Origin: Bacteroidales bacterium
Lineage (GTDB): Bacteria > Bacteroidota > Bacteroidia > Bacteroidales > Muribaculaceae
DNA length: 64,000 nt
Reading direction: 5' to 3'
Assembly (NCBI GenBank): GCA_019416285.1
Contig: DXXM01000012.1
Location: 12,360-76,359, forward strand
Shown here: in pieces, positions 41,008 through 50,424 of the stretch
Layout: every line of letters begins with the position of its first letter
How positions within the stretch are numbered: position 1 is the first letter of the stretch
Notes under the pieces: model-generated
What the model saw: only the letters and a program-made list of their open reading frames with translations
Database searches by the model: none
What the model was told of the DNA's origin: nothing
Made by a program: the position numbers and the translations under genes

Positions 41008-41181
41008 TTACTTTCCGGCTGCGATGGAATCTTTGCGGAACTGCTTGAGAAGTTTTTCGATTTCAAGAGAGATTTTGCGTGCACGGGCTCCGGCTGCTTT
41101 GTTGCCGTTCTCTACCTGTGCCTGTGCGTCTTTGGCAAATGCTTCGAAGTTTGCTGTAAGTTGTTCAACGAGAGTTTTCAT
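41008..41181 (-). CDS. Histone H1-like (Hc1-family) small DNA-binding protein, 57 aa
   Basis: Not in ORF track. MKTLVEQLTANFEAFAKDAQAQVENGNKAAGARARKISLEIEKLLKQFRKDSIAAGK contains the GNKAAGxRARK signature; TATATTTG box on the minus strand at 41281-41288. Confidence 0.88.
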   Translation of the reverse strand: MKTLVEQLTANFEAFAKDAQAQVENGNKAAGARARKISLEIEKLLKQFRKDSIAAGK

Positions 41182-41430
41182 TGGTTGATTGGTGGGGGTT
41201 AGGGGGATTAAAATGTTAGTAATTCAGAGAATACCGGCCATGAATTCATGGTGAAAGCGCTGACCTATTGCTCATGGTTGCAAATATACATACAAAAATC
41301 GCAATTTTGCAAGAATTTTGTTAAAAATTATTGGATAAAAGCCTCTCAATCCATACTTTTTGACTTTTTTGCCTCAAATTCGCTTCTTTTTCATAACTTT
41401 GACCCCGCTTTTCTGCGTTTACGATATATC

Positions 41431-42717
41431 ATGATTGACTTTAATCGCTTCACTCTGAATAATGGCCTGAGGGTCATCCACAACTACGACCCCTCGACTG
41501 CGATGGTGGCCGTCAATGTGCTCTACAATGTCGGCTCCCGCGACGAGAATCCGGACATGACCGGCCTCGCTCACCTTTTCGAACACCTCATGTTCGGCGG
41601 CTCGGTCAATGTGCCCGATTTCGATGCCCAGATGGAAAGGGCCGGAGGCGTCAACAACGCCTGGACCTCAAACGACTTCACCAATTTCTATGATGTGGCG
41701 CCCGCTCAGAACTTCGAGACCCTCCTGTGGCTCGAAAGTGACCGCATGCTCGGGCTCGCCTTCTCCGACAAGGCTCTTGAGGTGCAGCGCAACGTGGTGA
41801 TCGAAGAGTTCAAGCAGGTGCATCTCAACCGTCCCTACGGCGACCTCTCCCACAGGCTCCGCGAGCTTGTCTATCCGACCCACCCCTACGGCGTGCCCAC
41901 CATCGGGCGCGACCCCTCGCACATCGAGAAAGTCACTCAGGATGATATCCGCGATTTCTTCTTCAGCCACTACGCTCCGAACAATGCCGTGCTTGCCATC
42001 AGCGGCAATGTGACGCTCGAGCAGGTGGTCAAGTCCGTCGAGAAATGGTTTGCCTCCATACCGCGCCGCGATGTGAGGGCGCGTACCTACAGTCCCGAGC
42101 CTCTGCCCGAGGCGCCGCGCGAGCTCGAGGTGCGCGGCCATGTCCCGCAGACCTGCGTGGTGGTGGCCTATCCAATGCCGGCCTACGGTCAGCCGGGCTA
42201 TATCGAGTGTGACCTCATCACCGACATACTCGCCTCCGGGCGCTCCTCACGCTTCTACCGCCGACTGCTCCTCGGCAGCGACCTCTTCACGCAGGCCGAC
42301 GCCGTGATTACCGGAAGCGAGGAGCCGGGCATGCTCATTCTCAAAGGATTTCTGTCGGACCACTCGGAAGAGGCCGCACGCGCTGCCGCCGGGCGACTCA
42401 TGTCGGAAGCCTCCGCGCTCTGCTATCAGGCCTCACGTCCCGACCGCCTTTCCTACACGCTTGCCGAAGCGCGCCTTGACGGAGTGACCCCCTACGAAGT
42501 CGAGCGTTCCATCAACCGTTTTGCCAGTGACTTCACCTTCTCCTCGCTCGGCTACCTCCAGCGCGCCCAGTCACTCGCCATGGCCGAGATGCACGGCGAG
42601 GACATCAACGACATAGTTCCCGCCTACCGCCGCGTCACTACAGCCATGATAGCCACCACCGCCCGCCGCGTCCTCGACCCCCACCACGCCTGCACCCTAA
42701 TTTACAGGCCCGAGTGA
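41431..42717 (+). CDS. M16-family zinc peptidase
   Basis: LNNGL, VGSRDE, GLAHLFEHLMF (HxxEH), NAWT; start at ATG 41431, after a TAACTTTG box at 41394-41401. Confidence 0.93.
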   Translation: MIDFNRFTLNNGLRVIHNYDPSTAMVAVNVLYNVGSRDENPDMTGLAHLFEHLMFGGSVNVPDFDAQMERAGGVNNAWTSNDFTNFYDVAPAQNFETLLWLESDRMLGLAFSDKALEVQRNVVIEEFKQVHLNRPYGDLSHRLRELVYPTHPYGVPTIGRDPSHIEKVTQDDIRDFFFSHYAPNNAVLAISGNVTLEQVVKSVEKWFASIPRRDVRARTYSPEPLPEAPRELEVRGHVPQTCVVVAYPMPAYGQPGYIECDLITDILASGRSSRFYRRLLLGSDLFTQADAVITGSEEPGMLILKGFLSDHSEEAARAAAGRLMSEASALCYQASRPDRLSYTLAEARLDGVTPYEVERSINRFASDFTFSSLGYLQRAQSLAMAEMHGEDINDIVPAYRRVTTAMIATTARRVLDPHHACTLIYRPE

Positions 42718-42825
42718 GGTTTAATTAGTCAGATTAGTTTGGTTAGTCAAATTGGGCTCATTTGACTAATTAGTCCCATTAGACCTATTAGGACCATTGC
42801 TCCTATTGCTCCTATCCTCCCTATC
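42718..42825. repeat. 12-unit degenerate 9-bp-period array
   Basis: ggtttaatt agtcagatt agtttggtt agtcaaatt gggctcatt tgactaatt agtcccatt agacctatt aggaccatt gctcctatt gctcctatc ctccctatc. Confidence 0.85.
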
Positions 42826-42912
42826 CTCTCTCCAAAAGTTAAAAAAATATAAATCAATTTCCCCTCTCCCTATCCCTCGCTTCCCTAACTTGCGAGGTAT
42901 CATATTTTTTGC

Positions 42913-42958
42913 TAAATTTGCACTCAGAAAGTCGCGGAGGAGGCCTTGAGCTTCCTCC
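42913..42958 (+). promoter_or_regulatory. rimP promoter -7 box and leader hairpin
   Basis: TAAATTTG (42913-42920), then GGAGGAGGC-cttga-GCTTCCTCC hairpin followed by a T-rich stretch, consistent with a rimP leader. Confidence 0.6.
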
Positions 42959-42982
42959 CTTGTTTTTATATTGACGAAAACT

Positions 42983-43450
42983 ATGATAGATAAGAACGAT
43001 GTCCGCAGGCTTGTGGACGCTGCGGTGGCCGGTACTGATGCCTTTGTGGTAGACATCACTGTCTCGGCTGCCAATGATATTGTTGTGGAGCTCGACAGCA
43101 CGACCGGAGTCGACCTTGACTTCTGCGCGGAGCTTAACCGTAAGCTCCAGGAGGAATTTGACAGCCAGGACGAAAACTACAGCCTCGAAGTCGGTTCCGC
43201 CTCGCTCACCGCGCCCTTCAAGGTGAAAGGCCAGTATGAGAAGAACCTCGGCAACGAGGTCGAGGTGCTCACCCGCGACGGCCGTAAGCTCAAAGGTGTT
43301 CTCACCGCCGTCGGCGACGATGATTTCACCGTCGAGGTGACCCGCAAGGTCAAGGAGCCCGGTGCCAAGCGCCCCGTTATGGTGGCCGAGCCGCAGGTGA
43401 TTCCCTACGCCGAGGCAAAGCAGGTCTGCTACGTCATCAATTTCAAGTGA
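42983..43450 (+). CDS. rimP: Ribosome maturation factor RimP
   Basis: YSLEVGSA..PFKV..QYEKN; upstream of nusA-infB. Confidence 0.95.
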   Translation: MIDKNDVRRLVDAAVAGTDAFVVDITVSAANDIVVELDSTTGVDLDFCAELNRKLQEEFDSQDENYSLEVGSASLTAPFKVKGQYEKNLGNEVEVLTRDGRKLKGVLTAVGDDDFTVEVTRKVKEPGAKRPVMVAEPQVIPYAEAKQVCYVINFK

Positions 43451-43493
43451 TAAATCTACTGTAAAAAAATAAAACAACACTCAAGATATTCTT

Positions 43494-44873
43494 ATGGCAA
43501 GAAAAGAAGAAGCTCCCAACATGGTGGAGCGTTTCGCCGAGTTTAAAGAACTGAAAAATATCGACAAAACCACCATGATCAGTGTGCTGGAGGAGTCGTT
43601 CCGCAATGTGCTGGCTAAAATGTTCGGTACCGACGAGAATCTCGACGTCATCATGAACCCCGACAAGGGCGACGTGCAGATTTTCCAGAACCTCGAGGTA
43701 GTTCCCGACGGTGAGGTGACCAACCCCAACCTCCAGATTTCGCTTACCGACGCCCGTGCCGACGATGACCCCGACGTGGAAATCGGCGAGGAGCACACCA
43801 AGGAAATCTTCTTTGCCGACTTCGGTCGCCGCGCCATCCTCAACCTCCGTCAGACCCTCCAGTCGAAGATTCTTGACCTTCAGAAAGAGGCTGTCTACGC
43901 CAAGTTCAAGGAACTCGAGGGCGAACTCGTGTCAGGTGAGGTATATCAGACCTGGTCACGCGAGACCCTCCTGCTCGACGATGAGAAAAACGAGCTCCTT
44001 CTCCCGAAGAGCGAGTCGATTCCCGGTGACTTCTTCCGCAAGGGCGAGACTGTCCTCGCCGTCATCGCCAACGTCGACAACAAGAACAACAATCCCAAAA
44101 TCACCGTGTCCCGCACAAACGAGGCCTTCCTCCGCCGCCTTTTTGAGCGTGAGGTTCCCGAGATTGTCGACGGACTCATCAATATCCGCGCCGTGGCCCG
44201 CATCCCGGGCGAGCGTGCCAAAATCGCAGTCGAGAGCTTCGACGACCGCATCGACCCGGTCGGCGCCTGCGTCGGCGTGAAGGGCTCGCGTATCCACGGT
44301 ATCGTCCGTGAGCTCCGCAACGAGAACATCGACGTCATCAACTACACCGCCAATCCCCAGCTCTTCATTCAGCGCGCACTCAGCCCCGCCAAGATTTCAA
44401 GCATCCATCTCGACGAGGAGGAGAAGAAGGCCGAAGTGTTCCTCCACCCCGAGGAGGTTTCGCTCGCCATCGGTAAGGGTGGTCTGAACATCAAGCTCGC
44501 CTCGATGCTCACCGGCTACGTCATCGACGTGTACCGCGACACCCCCGAGGAAATCGACGAGGATATCTACCTCGACGAGTTCAAGGACGAAATCGACGGC
44601 TGGGTCATCGACGCCCTCAAGGATATGGGCTGCATAACCGCCAAGAGTGTCCTCCGCACACCCCGTCAGGAACTCATCGACCGCGCCGACCTCGAGGAAG
44701 ATACCGTCGACAACGTGATCCGCATCCTGCGTGCCGAATTTGAGGACGAGGACGCCGCTGCCGCCCCTGCCGAGACCCCTGCTCCCGCAGCTGACGAGGT
44801 TCCTGCCGGGGAAACTCCCGCCGCCGAAGCTCCCGCCGGGGAAAGCGCTACCGGGGAAGAGCCCGCGGAATAA
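43494..44873 (+). CDS. nusA: Transcription factor NusA
   Basis: FGRRA, FEREVPEI, ARIPGERAK, DPVGACVG, AIGKGGLNIKLA. Confidence 0.98.
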   Translation: MARKEEAPNMVERFAEFKELKNIDKTTMISVLEESFRNVLAKMFGTDENLDVIMNPDKGDVQIFQNLEVVPDGEVTNPNLQISLTDARADDDPDVEIGEEHTKEIFFADFGRRAILNLRQTLQSKILDLQKEAVYAKFKELEGELVSGEVYQTWSRETLLLDDEKNELLLPKSESIPGDFFRKGETVLAVIANVDNKNNNPKITVSRTNEAFLRRLFEREVPEIVDGLINIRAVARIPGERAKIAVESFDDRIDPVGACVGVKGSRIHGIVRELRNENIDVINYTANPQLFIQRALSPAKISSIHLDEEEKKAEVFLHPEEVSLAIGKGGLNIKLASMLTGYVIDVYRDTPEEIDEDIYLDEFKDEIDGWVIDALKDMGCITAKSVLRTPRQELIDRADLEEDTVDNVIRILRAEFEDEDAAAAPAETPAPAADEVPAGETPAAEAPAGESATGEEPAE

Positions 44874-44975
44874 GCAGTGCGCGGGGCCGCCTCCGGCCCC
44901 GCCCGTTCATCACCTTCCCGACTGCGGATGCCTCCTCCCCTCATAATTCATTAAAAAATTCACCAAACTCTCAAT

Positions 44976-47900
44976 ATGCCGAGAATAAAAATCAGTCAAG
45001 CCGCCAAAGAGTTCAACGTCACCATCCAGTCGTTGGCTGACCAGTTGAACAAGAAGGGTATTTCAATTGATGCCTCGAATCCTAACACACGTCTGGACGA
45101 GAGCGCCTACAATATACTTGTCGAGGCCTTCCAGCCCGACCGCAAGGAGCGCGAGCGTATCGACCGTCTCCGTCAGGAGAAGGAGAAAGATAAGGAAAAA
45201 GCCGCTCCCCAGTCCGCCGCATCGCCCGCGTCAGTCGCAGGCGACACCCCTGACATACAGGGGCCGAAGGTGGTAGGCAAAATCACGCTTGACAAACATA
45301 ATAATCCCGTACCGGCTCCCGCACCTGTGAAAGAAACACCCAAGGCGGAGGCTCCGAAACCTGAACCCGCGAAGCCCGAGGCTCCCAAGCCCGCTCCCGC
45401 TCCTGTGAAGGAGGCTCCCGCAGCCGAAGCCCCGAAAGAGGCTCCAAAAGCTGCTCCCGCACCCGTCAGCAAGACTCCCGAGGCCGCCGCTCCGAAAGCT
45501 GAGGCTAAACCCGAGGTGAAACCCGCTCCGGCTCCGAAGCCTGCCGAGGCTCCGGCTCCCAAAGAAGCGCCCGCGCCCAGGGCTCAGCAGGCAAAAGAGG
45601 CTCCCAGGGCTTCCCAGCCTAAAGAGGCTCCGAAGAAACCCGAGGCGCCCAAGGCTGCACCTGCCAGAGAAACTCCCAGACCCCAGGCTGCAGAAGAGCC
45701 TGCCGCCAGGGAGGATGAGGTGTTCCGTTACTCGACCGAGCCCCAGGTTGTGGCTCCCAAGGTAATCGGACGCATCGACCTCGCTGCCCTCAACCAGTCG
45801 ACCCGCCCCAAGAAGAAGTCGAAGGAGGAGCGCCGCAACGAGCGCATGAACAAGAACGGCCAGAACGCCGCTTCCGCCCAGAGTGGCGACCGCAAGAAGC
45901 GCCGTCGCATCGGCGGTAAGGTCGACATAGAAAAGACTGTCAACCAGGGCGTCGGCGAAGGTTCGCCTAAAGGCGAGGGCAAGGGCCGCGGCGGTGAACG
46001 CGGGGGAGAGCGTGAGCGCGAGCGCGGCGGACGTAACCGCGAGCGCAACAAGCGTCCCGTACACACCGAGGTCAACGAGGAGGACGTGCAGAAGCAGGTA
46101 CGCGAGACTCTCGCCCGCCTCACCTCCAAAGACAAGGGCCAGAAAAAGGGTGCCAAGTGGCGCAAGGAAAAGCGCGAGGCTTTCGCCAACCGTGCCCACG
46201 AAGCGGCTGAGGAAGCTGCAGCAGAGAGCAAGGTGCTCAAGCTGACCGAGTTTGTGACTGCCAACGACCTCGCTGTCATGATGGATGTGCCCATCAACAA
46301 CGTCATCGCAACCTGTATGAACCTCGGTGTCATGGTTTCAATCAACCAGCGCCTCGACGCCGAGACAATCAATATCGTGGCCGAGGAATTCGGCTACCAG
46401 ACCGAATATGTATCCGCCGAGGTGGTCGAGGCCATCCATCAGGAGGAGGATACAGAGGACGAGCTTGTGACCCGTCCGCCGATTGTGACCGTTATGGGCC
46501 ACGTCGACCACGGCAAGACCTCGCTTCTCGACTATATCCGCAACGCCAACGTTATCGCAGGCGAGGCCGGAGGTATTACCCAGCACATCGGTGCCTACAA
46601 TGTGAAGCTCCCCGACGGACGTCACATCACCTTCCTCGATACTCCGGGCCACGAGGCCTTCACCGCGATGCGTGCCCGTGGCGCGAAGGTGACCGACCTC
46701 TGTATCATCATCGTGGCTGCCGACGATAATGTGATGCCTCAGACCGTTGAGGCCATCAACCATGCTTCGGCCGCAGGCGTGCCCATCGTATTCGCAATCA
46801 ACAAGATTGACAAACCCGCCGCCAACCCCGACAAAATCAAGGAGGAACTCGCGCAGATGAACTATCTCGTGGAGGAATGGGGCGGCAAATACCAGTCGCA
46901 GGACATCTCCGCCAAGAAGGGTATCGGTGTGGCCGAACTCATGGAGAAGGTGCTTCTCGAAGCCGAGATGCTCGACCTCAAGGCTAACCCCAACCGCCGC
47001 GCCACCGGTTCGATTATCGAATCGTCGCTCGACAAGGGTCGCGGCTATGTGGCTACAGTGCTCGTGCAGAACGGAACTCTCCGCGTGGGCGACACCATCC
47101 TCGCCGGTACTCACTTCGGCCGTGTGAAGGCTATGTTCAACGAGCGTAACCAGCGCATCACCGAGGCCGGTCCCGCCGAGCCTACTCTGATTCTCGGTCT
47201 CAACGGCGCTCCCACCGCGGGCGATACCTTCAACGTGATGGAGACCGAACAGGAGGCGCGCGAAATCGCCACCAAGCGCGAGCAGCTCCAGCGTGAGCTC
47301 GGCCTCCGCACCTCCAAGCGTACCACGCTTGAGGAAATCGGCCGCCGCCGCGCCATCGGCAATTTCCATGAGCTCAACATTATCGTCAAGGGCGACGTTG
47401 ACGGCTCAATCGAAGCACTGTCCGACTCGCTCATCAAGCTCTCGACCGAGGAGGTCAAGGTCAATGTGCTCCACAAGGCTGTGGGCGCTATCTCCGAGAG
47501 CGATGTCACTCTCGCCGCCGCTTCCGACGCCATCATCATCGGCTTCCAGGTGCGTCCCTCGCAGGCTGCACGCCGCGCAGCCGAGCGCGACGGTGTGGAA
47601 ATCCGCCTCTATTCGGTCATCTACCAGGCCATCGAGGAGGTCAAGGACGCTATGGAAGGCATGCTTGCTCCCGAAATCAAGGAGGAGGTCATCGGTACTG
47701 CCGAAGTTCTTCAGACATTCCACATTTCGAAGGTCGGCACCATCGCCGGAGCCATCGTCCGCGAGGGCCGTATCAAGCGCAGTTGCAAGGTGCGTCTGAT
47801 ACGCGACGGAATCGTGCGTTACACCGGCGAACTCGGTTCGCTCAAGCGCATGAAGGATGATGTCAAGGAGGTGACTTCGGGCTACGACTGCGGTCTCTCG

Positions 47901-47978
47901 ATTGCCGGCTACAACGACATCCAGGAAGGCGACCTTATCGAAGCATACGAGGAGGTTGAGGTTAAGAAGAGCCTTTAA
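44976..47978 (+). CDS. infB: Translation initiation factor IF-2
   Basis: [39 protein letters not shown]; long Pro/Ala/Glu/Lys-rich N-terminal linker. Confidence 0.99.
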   Translation: MPRIKISQAAKEFNVTIQSLADQLNKKGISIDASNPNTRLDESAYNILVEAFQPDRKERERIDRLRQEKEKDKEKAAPQSAASPASVAGDTPDIQGPKVVGKITLDKHNNPVPAPAPVKETPKAEAPKPEPAKPEAPKPAPAPVKEAPAAEAPKEAPKAAPAPVSKTPEAAAPKAEAKPEVKPAPAPKPAEAPAPKEAPAPRAQQAKEAPRASQPKEAPKKPEAPKAAPARETPRPQAAEEPAAREDEVFRYSTEPQVVAPKVIGRIDLAALNQSTRPKKKSKEERRNERMNKNGQNAASAQSGDRKKRRRIGGKVDIEKTVNQGVGEGSPKGEGKGRGGERGGERERERGGRNRERNKRPVHTEVNEEDVQKQVRETLARLTSKDKGQKKGAKWRKEKREAFANRAHEAAEEAAAESKVLKLTEFVTANDLAVMMDVPINNVIATCMNLGVMVSINQRLDAETINIVAEEFGYQTEYVSAEVVEAIHQEEDTEDELVTRPPIVTVMGHVDHGKTSLLDYIRNANVIAGEAGGITQHIGAYNVKLPDGRHITFLDTPGHEAFTAMRARGAKVTDLCIIIVAADDNVMPQTVEAINHASAAGVPIVFAINKIDKPAANPDKIKEELAQMNYLVEEWGGKYQSQDISAKKGIGVAELMEKVLLEAEMLDLKANPNRRATGSIIESSLDKGRGYVATVLVQNGTLRVGDTILAGTHFGRVKAMFNERNQRITEAGPAEPTLILGLNGAPTAGDTFNVMETEQEAREIATKREQLQRELGLRTSKRTTLEEIGRRRAIGNFHELNIIVKGDVDGSIEALSDSLIKLSTEEVKVNVLHKAVGAISESDVTLAAASDAIIIGFQVRPSQAARRAAERDGVEIRLYSVIYQAIEEVKDAMEGMLAPEIKEEVIGTAEVLQTFHISKVGTIAGAIVREGRIKRSCKVRLIRDGIVRYTGELGSLKRMKDDVKEVTSGYDCGLSIAGYNDIQEGDLIEAYEEVEVKKSL

Positions 47979-48036
47979 ACGGCTCGGTTGACTCTCCGGA
48001 CGCCATCTGCGGCGCCGGATAAAGCCCGGATTACTC

Positions 48037-48549
48037 TTGAAAACGATAGCCATACATATAAATATCGGATCAAACAGCGGCCACCGCGAGGCTCTCATAG
48101 AGCAGGCGGTGGCCGCCATTTCATCGGCCTTCCCCGGGGCGGCAGTGAGCCGTTCCGGGATAGTCGAAACCCCGCCGTGGGGTTTCGATTCCCCCAACCC
48201 CTTTCTGAATATCGGAGTGATGGTGAGGATTGGAGAGGAAAATGGCACTCAGAATTACGGGCGCGAGGAAATTGCGCTCGCTGTGTTGCGCAAACTTCAG
48301 GAGATACAGCGGTCCATTGACCCTTCGCCCCACCGCGACGCCGAGGGGTGGTATATCGACCGCGCGATTGACATCGACCTCATAGCAATCGACGACTGGG
48401 TCATTGACATCCCCGACCTGACCTTGCCCCACCCGCGCATGCACCTGCGCGACTTCGTCCTAATCCCCCTCGCCAGCCTCGCCCCCGACTGGCGCCATCC
48501 CCTCACAGGCAAAACCGCCACCCAACACCTCTCCGATTTAACAGATTAA
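48037..48549 (+). CDS. folK: 2-amino-4-hydroxy-6-hydroxymethyldihydropteridine diphosphokinase
   Basis: NIGSN, ETPPWG, FLN, DRAIDIDL, LPHPRMHLRDFVL; TTG start. Confidence 0.93.
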   Translation: MKTIAIHINIGSNSGHREALIEQAVAAISSAFPGAAVSRSGIVETPPWGFDSPNPFLNIGVMVRIGEENGTQNYGREEIALAVLRKLQEIQRSIDPSPHRDAEGWYIDRAIDIDLIAIDDWVIDIPDLTLPHPRMHLRDFVLIPLASLAPDWRHPLTGKTATQHLSDLTD

Positions 48550-48561
48550 TGATTTGATAAT

Positions 48562-48738
48562 ATGACTAAAATTGAAAATGAAATACAATATCAGGCGGCA
48601 CTCAAACGAGTAGAGGAACTTATATTCGAACTTCCGGAAGATACTCAAGCTGATAACCCTAAGATGATAGAGCTGACATTGCTTGGAAATCTGGTGGCGG
48701 ATTATGATGAGGAGCATTATCCGATTGGCGAATCTTAA
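48562..48738 (+). CDS. HigA-like antitoxin N-terminal domain only (58 aa, no HTH)
   Basis: Not in ORF track. MTKIENEIQYQAALKRVEEL...ELTLLGNLVADYDEEHYPIGES; AT-rich relative to flanks. Confidence 0.7.
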   Translation: MTKIENEIQYQAALKRVEELIFELPEDTQADNPKMIELTLLGNLVADYDEEHYPIGES

Positions 48739-48781
48739 TGTAGCCATAAATTGTAAATCTGTTTCGCAATATGAAACACAG

Positions 48782-48825
48782 AGGGCAACCGCGGTCGGGT
48801 CTGACCGGGTTGCCCTTGATTTTTA
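48782..48825. terminator. Terminator between convergent units
   Basis: AGGGCAACC...GGTTGCCCT stem with inner GGTC/GACC, followed by a T-rich tract. Confidence 0.7.
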
Positions 48826-48922
48826 TGAGCTTTATTCAGGTTTATTTCCTGTTCCTGATGTCAGGATGTATTCTGGTTTCTAACCTTGTATGTGTATGTC
48901 CTGAGTTTTTGAGATTAGGAGA

Positions 48923-49216
48923 TTACTTTTTGTTTTTGATTTTTTCGAGCTGGCGGTCAAGAGCTTCGAGGCAGAGGTCGACAGCCTCCTCGAAGGTGTC
49001 GGCGGTCTTTGTCGCAACCAAATCGGGTTCCTGCGGAACGCTCAGGCTGATGATTACTTCTTTGTTGAGAGCGGTTTCGGGTTTTACCACACGAAGGGAT
49101 ACGTCCGCGCTCATCACGCCGGGATTACGTCTGGTTAACTTATCTATTTTCTTGTTGATGAAGGAAGTAAGTTTCTCGCTGATGTCAAAGTGGATGGCAT
49201 TGATGTTAATTTCCAT
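48923..49216 (-). CDS. hpf: Ribosome hibernation promoting factor (RaiA/HPF)
   Basis: INAIHFDISEKL, TFEEAVD...RQLEK. Confidence 0.93.
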   Translation of the reverse strand: MEININAIHFDISEKLTSFINKKIDKLTRRNPGVMSADVSLRVVKPETALNKEVIISLSVPQEPDLVATKTADTFEEAVDLCLEALDRQLEKIKNKK

Positions 49217-50162
49217 TTTTTCCTCCTTTTTTTAGTGCACGCGGGTGTGCGAGTTGGTAATTATGTTTAAGCTCACTGTAAGTGACGTGAGTGTATATCT
49301 GTGTCGAGGCGAGAGAGGCATGGCCGAGAAGCTGCTGGACGGAACTGATGGGAGCACCGTCGTTGAGCATATCGGTGGCGAATGAGTGGCGCAGCACGTG
49401 CGGACTCAGACGTGTGGCGTGAACATTGCCCTCGGAGAGAGCCCGGTGAACCACCGTGTAGACCATGCGCCGGTAAATCGGGAGGCCGTTGTCGCGCACC
49501 ATGAGGGGCGCTTCGCGGTCGGAGGGAGAGATGGAGGTGGCGGGAGAGGCGTCACGGAGCCGGCGGTAGGCGTCGATGGACTGTTGCAGTTCCGGGCCGA
49601 TGGGTATTATTCTTTCTTTATTACGTTTTCCGAGCACTTTTAGTTCACCTTTGGCGGTGTCGGCGTCGACATCGAGCAGCCCGACGAGTTCTGAGCAGCG
49701 GATTCCGGTGGAATAGAGTATGTCGACGATGAGGCGGTCGCGGACTTCGGCAAAGTCTGCGGCGGAATCCCCGGAGCAGGTTGCGTCGGCAGGGGTGTCG
49801 AGGATACGGGCTGTGTCCTCGGGACGGATGTAGACGGGAAGGTCTTTGGGTATTTTTGCGAGAGTGAGCCCCGACGCCGGGTTAGATGCGAGACCGTGGC
49901 GGCGCATCAGAAAGCGGAAAAAGGCGCGGAGAGCCGAAGCCTTGCGGCGTATAGTGCGGGCCGAGCATCCCTCGCGGGCGAGAGAGGCAATCCACAGTCG
50001 CAGGTCGGAAACAGTGACGTCCATCGGATTGAGCTCCTGAGGCTTGTCGCCGGTCGAGAACCGCGCCCAGGCCCTCAGGTCGGCGCGGTAGGCGTCGACG
50101 GTGAGCTTCGAGTAGTTCAGCTCCAGGCGCAGATAGTCGAGAAATTGCTCAATCAGGTTCAT
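49206..50162 (-). CDS. xerC: Tyrosine recombinase XerC
   Basis: YSTGIRCSE, GKRNKER, HVLRHSFAT, LLGHASL..TQIYTH; overlaps hpf as in the usual Bacteroidales arrangement. Confidence 0.88.
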   Translation of the reverse strand: MNLIEQFLDYLRLELNYSKLTVDAYRADLRAWARFSTGDKPQELNPMDVTVSDLRLWIASLAREGCSARTIRRKASALRAFFRFLMRRHGLASNPASGLTLAKIPKDLPVYIRPEDTARILDTPADATCSGDSAADFAEVRDRLIVDILYSTGIRCSELVGLLDVDADTAKGELKVLGKRNKERIIPIGPELQQSIDAYRRLRDASPATSISPSDREAPLMVRDNGLPIYRRMVYTVVHRALSEGNVHATRLSPHVLRHSFATDMLNDGAPISSVQQLLGHASLASTQIYTHVTYSELKHNYQLAHPRALKKGGKNGN

Positions 50163-50287
50163 AGGCGCTCAGTGTGACGGAGGTTTGTTGTCGGTAGCGA
50201 ATATAGGAAAGATTTTCGGATAAAACAACTATTTGAAGGGAAATTTTTTTTAGCGGAGGCGGGAAAAGGGTGGAATATTGGGCGATT

Positions 50288-50350
50288 GGTCAGATTAGTC
50301 AAATAAGCCAGATTAGTCAAATGGGCCTGATGAAACAAATTAGTCAAATT
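50288..50350. repeat. 7-unit 9-bp-period array
   Basis: ggtcagatt agtcaaata agccagatt agtcaaatg ggcctgatg aaacaaatt agtcaaatt. Confidence 0.8.
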
Positions 50351-50390
50351 AAAAAGGTCAGGTTAGCTATCAAGGCTAATCTGACCTTTC
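50351..50390 (-). terminator. Terminator after the tlpA-like gene
   Basis: AAAGGTCAGGTTAGC-tatcaag-GCTAATCTGACCTTT with an A run on the left. Confidence 0.8.
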
Positions 50391-50424
50391 TGGAATTGAA
50401 AATTAGAAGGTGGTGATGGCCCAA

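Noticed and set aside
41248..41430. N-terminal extensions in the ORF track (also 9705, 21830, 28445, 61789, 62202)
   Set aside because: They run through promoter boxes, intergenic DNA or upstream genes; downstream ATGs match family starts.
45200..45720. Pro/Ala/Glu/Lys repeats in infB as an insertion element
   Set aside because: Ordinary low-complexity IF-2 N-terminal linker.
48830..48915. TCCTGA/TCAGGA motifs resembling the repeats at 26223-26309
   Set aside because: Only a 6-8 nt match; indistinguishable from chance by eye.
49206..50162. Tyrosine recombinase as the integrase of a prophage containing terL
   Set aside because: It lies 8 kb away beyond rimP-nusA-infB, overlaps hpf and looks like housekeeping XerC; no att-like repeats seen.
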